Source: a virus. From it: a stretch of 64,000 bases of DNA. Of this stretch, positions 58,844 to 64,000 are shown piece after piece. The notes under the pieces were generated by a model, which saw only the letters and a program-made list of their open reading frames with translations, was not told the origin of the DNA and searched no databases. The stretch spans positions 24,609-88,608 of the IMG/VR virus record IMGVR_UViG_3300035670_000110. The stretch is one strand, 5' to 3'. The position numbers and the translations under genes are program-made. How positions within the stretch are numbered: the first letter of the stretch is position 1; each line of letters starts with the position of its first letter.

Positions 58844-59208
58844 CGCTGTACAACCACCTTATATCCTGAAAGATCTATTGCTGCTTTAATTGTAACATTA
58901 TTAGAATCTATTATCTCTACATCTGAAAATACTAATTGATTGCCTGGATTATAAAGGAACACTATAGGATTTTCATAATTTAAAGAATGTGTAAATGTAT
59001 GAAAATATATTCCAGCAGAGGATGTTCCAGAGGAAAGAGTCCCATATGAAGTTAAGTTAACATTACCTGTAAGACTATTTACTGAAAAAACACTTTGAGC
59101 AGCATCTCCCACAGATACAATAATGTTATCTATTTCGTTAATATATTGAATATCGATATCTGTTATCTGATTATCATATTCAATAATTATATTGTCTACT
59201 TCGGACAT
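58840..59208 (-). CDS. Small virion protein
   Basis: VFSVNSLTGNVNL fibre repeat and HTFTHSLNY.NP.V module. Confidence 0.65.
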   Translation of the reverse strand: MSEVDNIIIEYDNQITDIDIQYINEIDNIIVSVGDAAQSVFSVNSLTGNVNLTSYGTLSSGTSSAGIYFHTFTHSLNYENPIVFLYNPGNQLVFSDVEIIDSNNVTIKAAIDLSGYKVVVQR

Positions 59209-59209
59209 T

Positions 59210-59563
59210 CTATCCTCCAGACTCTAAAGTTTCTACTCTATCTTCTATTCTATTAATAGCATCTCGTAGGCTGGTTCCTGAATTTGGCTGCAATTCTTTT
59301 TCTATATTTTCAATTTTGTATTCTATTGTTTTAAATCTCAAATCTACATTACTAAGGCAGGATTCCATTTTAGACAAACGCTCTGAGACCCCTGCTCTTC
59401 TTTCAACCCCCGGCCTTTCTTCTTCTCCAAAATAATCATCAAAGAAGTGAACAGTTTTTTTAATAAACTTACTAGTTTTTCTAAAAGCAACAATAAGAAT
59501 TGTTATTGCAGTAATTATTGCAGCCGCTGCAATAATATTTTCAGCCACTATCCAGTTTTCCAT
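59210..59563 (-). CDS. Membrane protein with C-terminal coiled coil (lysis-cassette accessory / holin-like)
   Basis: N-terminal TM helix, GEEERPG, EL.PNSGTSLRDAINRIE; immediately after the endolysin. Confidence 0.68.
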   Translation of the reverse strand: MENWIVAENIIAAAAIITAITILIVAFRKTSKFIKKTVHFFDDYFGEEERPGVERRAGVSERLSKMESCLSNVDLRFKTIEYKIENIEKELQPNSGTSLRDAINRIEDRVETLESGG

Positions 59564-59586
59564 TTTCAGTTGTCTCCCAGATTAAA

Positions 59587-60477
59587 TTAAGGTTTATCCT
59601 TTCCAAATAATTTAATCCAAGTAATCTTATTAGGCATTCCTGATGCGTTTTCTCCTGTTAGCCCAATAGACTTTTGGAATGCTATCATTGCTGTCTTTGG
59701 ATATGGTTGACCGCCAAATCCTTTTGGCTTATGTTTTCTAAAACCTAAATCATATAGTCTACAGACACATCTCCAAGCAGCCTTATTATTAATTTTTTCA
59801 TTTGCGGCTTTAGTTGCAGCCCTTCTTGTTGGGATTGTTCCGTCCCAGGTTTCTACGCCTAATCTATATTTAGATGCTTCTTTACGCCAGAAATTTTGAT
59901 CATAAAATTGTCTTAACGTATCATTTTTTCGATATCTGTAAGGACCATAATTTGTTTCCTTAAGATAAGGTCCAGAGTCGGTCCAGTCTCCGTGTGTTAT
60001 AATGCGAGATCCGTCATCGGGCCACTCGCATAAGTCCCACAGCGCAGCAATTGTTCTTGCTACCTGTTCTATCTGATAACTATTAATGGTATTTGAAACG
60101 CCAGGATCATCTATTTCTATACCCCAGGCCCGCCAATGTAATACATTCCCTACGCCGACTCCTACTGCGGACCAGGGACCACCAAGACCACTATGATAGG
60201 TGCCGCGTCCACAAAGTATCATATTCTCCCCAGCATTTTTACCAACCAATTGATTAGCCACGGCATAGGGGGCGTAAGCATTAACACACCAGTATAAAAT
60301 ATTTTTAAAGTTTCCTAATTTTCCAGAATTTGGATTTGCCGTATGATGAACAACTACAGCCTGTAATCCATTGGTCCAGGCATTTCCTTTAGTATCCCAC
60401 CCAGAATAAAATGATGCATCAACACCGTGATCGATGAATGACTGTCTGATTTCAGCAGGAGTAGGATTTTTAGCCAT
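59587..60477 (-). CDS. Endolysin: N-acetylmuramoyl-L-alanine amidase with C-terminal peptidoglycan-binding domain
   Basis: VVVHHTA, YHSG, GIEI, IITH.DW, RKND; AFQKSIGL....GMPNKITW..L. Start moved from 60528 to 60477 (MAKNP). Confidence 0.88.
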   Translation of the reverse strand: MAKNPTPAEIRQSFIDHGVDASFYSGWDTKGNAWTNGLQAVVVHHTANPNSGKLGNFKNILYWCVNAYAPYAVANQLVGKNAGENMILCGRGTYHSGLGGPWSAVGVGVGNVLHWRAWGIEIDDPGVSNTINSYQIEQVARTIAALWDLCEWPDDGSRIITHGDWTDSGPYLKETNYGPYRYRKNDTLRQFYDQNFWRKEASKYRLGVETWDGTIPTRRAATKAANEKINNKAAWRCVCRLYDLGFRKHKPKGFGGQPYPKTAMIAFQKSIGLTGENASGMPNKITWIKLFGKDKP

Positions 60478-60625
60478 CAGAGTCATCGTCCTTGTCGCTG
60501 GCATCGAATGGCAATTCATCTTCTTCAAAGTTCCATCCTTCAGGGGCTACAAGGTCTGAGTCTAAATCAGCCATATCTAGGAGTCCGCCCTCATCATCAA
60601 TTGGTAGGTTTTCCGTTGATTCCAT
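60470..60625 (-). CDS. 51-aa highly acidic protein between holin and endolysin
   Basis: Not in the track. MESTENLPIDDEGGLLDMADLDSDLVAPEGWNFEEDELPFDASDKDDDSDG; AAGGA upstream; its stop overlaps the endolysin ATG. Confidence 0.65.
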   Translation of the reverse strand: MESTENLPIDDEGGLLDMADLDSDLVAPEGWNFEEDELPFDASDKDDDSDG

Positions 60626-60830
60626 ATCTAGTATCCTTAGGGTTTAAGTAGTTAAAACCGGCAACTAAGACTGATGCAATGGCTGCTCCAGCGATGCCTT
60701 TCCACCCCTCAAGTGTAACATCAAAAATGTTAACACCAAGACCGATAAATGCGGCCAGGGCCGATGAAATAAAAACAGTTAATAACGTTTTGGTAACTTG
60801 TAGTGCTTCTTCTTTATTAAACATGTACAA
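60597..60830 (-). CDS. Holin
   Basis: 77 aa, two TM helices, C-terminal LNPKDTRYG, AGGAG SD, upstream of the endolysin. Confidence 0.8.
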   Translation of the reverse strand: MYMFNKEEALQVTKTLLTVFISSALAAFIGLGVNIFDVTLEGWKGIAGAAIASVLVAGFNYLNPKDTRYGINGKPTN

Positions 60831-60917
60831 TCTCCTATATATATTAAATATTAAAATATATTATATATTCTATATAAGATATTATATCTTTATAATAATT
60901 AAAACTAACGGAGTGTT
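60831..60917. promoter_or_regulatory. Very AT-rich divergent promoter region
   Basis: About 70 nt of almost pure A/T with TATAAT on both strands (plus-strand copy at 60891), between divergent genes. Confidence 0.6.
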
Positions 60918-61862
60918 GTGTCTAGTATCTATGTAGCCATACCAAGTATAAAAGACAGTGAACTGGTAAAAACCATCATTAGGTGCTTAAACAAATCTAG
61001 CAAACTTAATGAAATTAACATAGGGGTGGCTGTCTTTTTATTTGAAGAAGAGTTGAACGACCCACTGTTTGATCTACCATATAAAAATGTAAAAATAAAG
61101 AATTTTGATAGAAACTATTATAAAGGTGTTGGAATAGCCAGAAAAGAATCAATGTCTTTTTATAACGGAGAAGACTACATATTAATGATTGATTCTCATT
61201 GCGAGTTTAAAGAAAACTGGGATTTAATTCTTATAGATAAATTAAAATATCTAAAGGATAAAAAGGGGTTAATAACCTGTTATCCTCCAGAATACAAATA
61301 TATTTACAAAAACTTTACAAATTTAAAAAATGATTGGAAAAATATTTATGTATCTAATTTTGTTGAAGGATATATAAAACAAAAATTTGATCACGAACCT
61401 GATTGTATAGCGTGTAATGAATTTTCACCTGTTCCTTTGTGGGAAGAAAAAAGAATAGAGAATAAAGATAATGATTTTATTTTAAATAAAAAAATATCGG
61501 CTGGAATGTTGTTTGCCGATAAAAGATTTGCAGAAGAATACGAAATAATGATTCCATACAATTACTCATTCTTTGAAGAAGAACTTATTATGTCCATAGA
61601 GGCATTAAATCTTGGATGGACATTTTACGCCCCCACTGATTACGTTCCAATAGCACATCTATATGCAGAAGACATTAATGAGTTTGGTGGAGATAGGTCT
61701 GCTCTAAAAGAGTGTGAAGTGGTAGAACTAAACACTAAACAAAACTATCTAAGTTATGTCCTTGATCCTAATAATAAAGATAAGATTATAAGATTTGAGA
61801 AACATGCTGGAATAGATATACTTAATCGTGCTGAATTCGAAAAGCGAAAAGTCGAAAAATAG
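60918..61862 (+). CDS. GT60 / Gnt1-like GlcNAc transferase, third copy (intact DSH)
   Basis: SIYVAIPSIKD.EL.KTI, GVGIAR, GEDYILMIDSHCEF.ENWD..LI, ITCYPP, ISAGMLF, FFEEE, IAHLY. Confidence 0.82.
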   Translation: MSSIYVAIPSIKDSELVKTIIRCLNKSSKLNEINIGVAVFLFEEELNDPLFDLPYKNVKIKNFDRNYYKGVGIARKESMSFYNGEDYILMIDSHCEFKENWDLILIDKLKYLKDKKGLITCYPPEYKYIYKNFTNLKNDWKNIYVSNFVEGYIKQKFDHEPDCIACNEFSPVPLWEEKRIENKDNDFILNKKISAGMLFADKRFAEEYEIMIPYNYSFFEEELIMSIEALNLGWTFYAPTDYVPIAHLYAEDINEFGGDRSALKECEVVELNTKQNYLSYVLDPNNKDKIIRFEKHAGIDILNRAEFEKRKVEK

Positions 61863-61894
61863 AATGCTACACTACCCCTGACCGAAGGAGAATT

Positions 61895-62578
61895 GTGAAG
61901 ATTTTAGATAAAGGATATATCAATCTTGTTAATGTTATGGGTTCTGATTTAGATGTTGTAAACTCTGCAAGAGTTAGTTTTGATAAATATGTAGATACCT
62001 TAGAAAATAAGGATATTAAACTAATTAATTATCTTATTGAACATAAGCATGATTCCGTTTTGAGACATTGTTCCATGTCCTTTGAAGTCTACGCCCCACT
62101 TTTCGTTGCTCGCCAATGGTGGAAGCACCATGTTTCTAGCACACATGTGGATGATGCGAACGGCTGGAATGAATCTTCTCGCAGATATGTTACCGAAGAG
62201 CCAGAGTTCTACATTCCTGGGGACTGGAGGGGCGCTGCGGAGAATAAAAAACAAGGTAGTAGTGATCCTGTGGACTCACATATTTCCGACAAGCACAACC
62301 GGCTTTTAGAGTATTTTGTAGAAACTGGAATCAGTGCCTATACCGCCGCCATGCAAGACGGAATAGCAGTAGAACAGGCAAGATTATTTCTTCCTGCTTA
62401 TGCTATGTATGTGAGATGGAGATGGACGGCTTCTCTCAATGCACTCCTCCACTTTATTTCATTACGATTAGATAACCATGCACAATGGGAAATACAACAG
62501 TACGCCATCGCGGTGGCGGAAATGGTGAAATCTCATTTCCCTCATACCTATGAAGCATGGGAGACATATCGTGTCTGA
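61895..62578 (+). CDS. thyX: Flavin-dependent thymidylate synthase
   Basis: VVNSARVS, H.SVLRH, APLFVARQW.KH, WNESSRRY, EQARLFLP, LRLD.HAQWEI; GAAGGAG SD. Confidence 0.95.
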   Translation: MKILDKGYINLVNVMGSDLDVVNSARVSFDKYVDTLENKDIKLINYLIEHKHDSVLRHCSMSFEVYAPLFVARQWWKHHVSSTHVDDANGWNESSRRYVTEEPEFYIPGDWRGAAENKKQGSSDPVDSHISDKHNRLLEYFVETGISAYTAAMQDGIAVEQARLFLPAYAMYVRWRWTASLNALLHFISLRLDNHAQWEIQQYAIAVAEMVKSHFPHTYEAWETYRV

Positions 62579-62798
62579 AGGAGTAGATGATATCAATTCA
62601 AATGTTGGTGCCGTAACTTATATTATGCTGGGTCGTATTTATGATATGCTTATTCTTATTGCGGATTCATTAGGCAAGGGAGAAGATGCCTTGCAATTGA
62701 TCCAATTACATAGTCAAGGACAACTTATGTCGCCCCCGCCCAGTTTAGCAATAGATGAGGATGGAAATGAACCTACTGATAGCAATTCTAGTAGTTAG
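62550..62798 (+). CDS. Hypothetical protein
   Basis: YIMLGRIYDML...H.QG.LM.P.P; the true start is probably GTG near 62571. Confidence 0.65.
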   Translation: MKHGRHIVSEGVDDINSNVGAVTYIMLGRIYDMLILIADSLGKGEDALQLIQLHSQGQLMSPPPSLAIDEDGNEPTDSNSSS

Positions 62799-62841
62799 TC
62801 TTATGACTGTATGGTTTATGATTGGACACTATGATGAATGA
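62767..62841 (+). CDS. Possible 24-aa membrane peptide
   Basis: MNLLIAILVVSLMTVWFMIGHYDE with GAGGA upstream, bridging the flanking ORFs. Confidence 0.35.
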   Translation: MNLLIAILVVSLMTVWFMIGHYDE

Positions 62842-63097
62842 TATTAAAAATTTAATGACAATCTATAAAGCGTCTGCAGGTTGCAGACGCTGTGGATACA
62901 ATAAGAATACAAGAGCGCTTCATTTTGCTCATAGAGATCCTAATACCAAATATCGTGATAAGAATGGAAAAGTTGTCGAACCGTCCGATATGATCAAAGG
63001 TAGATACCGTTCCCGTTATGGAATTGAGACAATTATTGCTGAAATAGCCAAATGTGATGTTCTATGTGCTAATTGTCATGCAGAGGATACCTTTTAA
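62822..63097 (+). CDS. Small HNH-family protein with Zn-binding CxxC motifs
   Basis: CRRCGY....ALHFAH.DP..K...EIAKCDVLCANCH. Confidence 0.8.
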   Translation: MDTMMNDIKNLMTIYKASAGCRRCGYNKNTRALHFAHRDPNTKYRDKNGKVVEPSDMIKGRYRSRYGIETIIAEIAKCDVLCANCHAEDTF

Positions 63098-63224
63098 TAT
63101 CCCCCGACCGTTTTGATTTCGTTATCAAATTGTTATATATGAAATTTAAGAAAATGTTAGTAAATTTTATTTATGTATGATGCGCCAAAATAATGTCGCG
63201 CTCAGGCTTTTGAGTAGTGCGCCC

Positions 63225-63510
63225 ATAGTTGTTGTGCCACAACGACTATTTAGCCGACCCCGCAAGGTTAGAAACCCTTGCAACGCAACGTATTTCGCGC
63301 CGACCCGCGATTCGACATAATGCGTTGCGGCGCAACGGGTTTGGGGTGCAGCATAATGCGGATTCTCAGACCTACTTCGGGCGATAGCATAATGCGGAAA
63401 TGTGTTGCGAGACAACAACTTTCGAGATCTAGCATAATGCGTTGCAGCGCAACGGTTTCTCTGATTTAGCACAAGCGTTCGATAAATAAGCAGCTCTTTT
63501 GTGACACAAC
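63225..63510. repeat. Array of GTTGY-N3-RCAAC palindromes interleaved with CATAATGCG direct repeats
   Basis: Palindromes start at 63231, 63277, 63324, 63404, 63441 and 63498; CATAATGCG at 63316, 63352, 63388 and 63433. Confidence 0.8.
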
Positions 63511-63542
63511 CGTGACCTAATGTCTGCCTAATCTGACCGATA

Positions 63543-63600
63543 TTGTCAGACCTGTAAGGCATAATGGTACCTGTCAGACAGACACCAACTAGCCAGGAGG
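63543..63600 (+). promoter_or_regulatory. Putative early promoter and SD
   Basis: TGTCAGAC repeated on both sides of a CATAAT -10-like box (63560), then AGGAGG before the ATG at 63607. Confidence 0.5.
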
Positions 63601-63606
63601 CTGACA

Positions 63607-63780
63607 ATGCTCGAAGGTATCCTGCTCGCCGTAGCAATCTTCGTTGGTATCCCAATGCTCGCCAGCGTTGTGTATTTCGCAATCGAACGCTATTTCGACC
63701 GCCAGATCGAGCGAGAGGCGGAACGGGCATATTGGCGCGCGCGTGGGATCGTTCCTCCCGCGTGGGACATGAGCGCATAG
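63607..63780 (+). CDS. 57-aa single-pass membrane protein (early-type gene)
   Basis: Not in the track. MLEGILLAVAIFVGIPMLASVVYFAIERYFDRQIEREAERAYWRARGIVPPAWDMSA; AGGAGG SD; GC-rich third codon positions. Confidence 0.78.
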   Translation: MLEGILLAVAIFVGIPMLASVVYFAIERYFDRQIEREAERAYWRARGIVPPAWDMSA

Positions 63781-63784
63781 GGGT

Positions 63785-63961
63785 ATGACAATGACCTACT
63801 ACATCGCATCCGACGGCGTTCACGTTGACGTCGAGGCCCCGACGTTTTCCGACCTATACCGCGCCATGGGATACGCCGCTACAGAATGTAGCGGTTTCCC
63901 GTGGTCGATCTATACCCATCCCACAGACGGCGCGTCTGTTGCTACGTTCGACGAGGAGTAG
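63785..63961 (+). CDS. 58-aa hypothetical protein (early-type gene)
   Basis: MTMTYYIASDGVHVDVEAPTFSDLYRAMGYAATECSGFPWSIYTHPTDGASVATFDEE; follows the previous stop by 4 nt. Confidence 0.65.
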   Translation: MTMTYYIASDGVHVDVEAPTFSDLYRAMGYAATECSGFPWSIYTHPTDGASVATFDEE

Positions 63962-63966
63962 AAACT

Positions 63967-64000
63967 ATGTCTATAAATCGCATGATTACCGACGACATCA
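63967..64000 (+). CDS. Start of a further small gene, truncated
   Basis: GAGGAG SD then ATG (MSINRMITDDI). Confidence 0.5.
   Translation, partial: MSINRMITDDI

Noticed and set aside
63316-63441. CATAATGCG repeats at 36/36/45-nt spacing as a mini-CRISPR array
   Set aside because: The repeat is only 9-10 bp, the intervening sequences share palindromic motifs rather than being unique spacers, and no cas genes are present.
63167-63823. 218-aa minus-strand ORF, and plus-strand ORFs 63278..63469 and 63564..63788
   Set aside because: Arg/Cys-rich translations of the repeat array. The SD-led plus-strand ORFs at 63607 and 63785 explain the coding part better.
1-64000. Stop-codon reassignment, tRNA genes, integrase, or a reverse transcriptase/DGR
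   Set aside because: Standard code 11 gives dense full-length genes ending in TAA, TAG and TGA. No cloverleaf, recombinase or RT motifs were recognised by eye.

Overview
The whole window is part of a large tailed-phage genome with siphovirus-type morphogenesis genes. The host is probably an Actinobacterium: the phage has a DnaE-type polymerase, TGnTAnnnT promoters feeding leaderless genes, and a GC-rich early region. Nearly everything from 1 to 60.8 kb is on the minus strand: replication (dnaE truncated at the left edge, SSB, primase, DnaB), a phosphoesterase and an HNH nuclease, tail-tip genes, a 3092-aa multidomain tape measure, frameshifted tail chaperones, tail tube, connectors, major capsid, protease with nested scaffold, portal, a fibre/decoration cluster, class II RNR and lysis genes. 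thyX and a few small genes follow on the plus strand. At about 63.15 kb the sequence switches to GC-rich DNA carrying a palindrome array and small early-type genes. The best candidate for an undescribed system is a phage-encoded virion protein-modification pathway. An AT-rich island (about 38.6-46.2 kb) inside the structural region encodes prolyl-4-hydroxylase-like 2OG-Fe(II) oxygenases, GT60/Gnt1-like GlcNAc transferases (a third copy lies at 60.9 kb), apparently inactive paralogues of both, and three paralogous proteins of unknown function. Plausible substrates are in the same genome: an extensin-like polyproline tail protein, a Gly-X-X/YNxP-repeat fibre, and an [S/T]-[A/G]-S tripeptide that is common in surface virion proteins but rare in the tape measure, portal and enzymes. 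All family assignments come from motif recognition by eye; no searches were run, and counts are hand counts.
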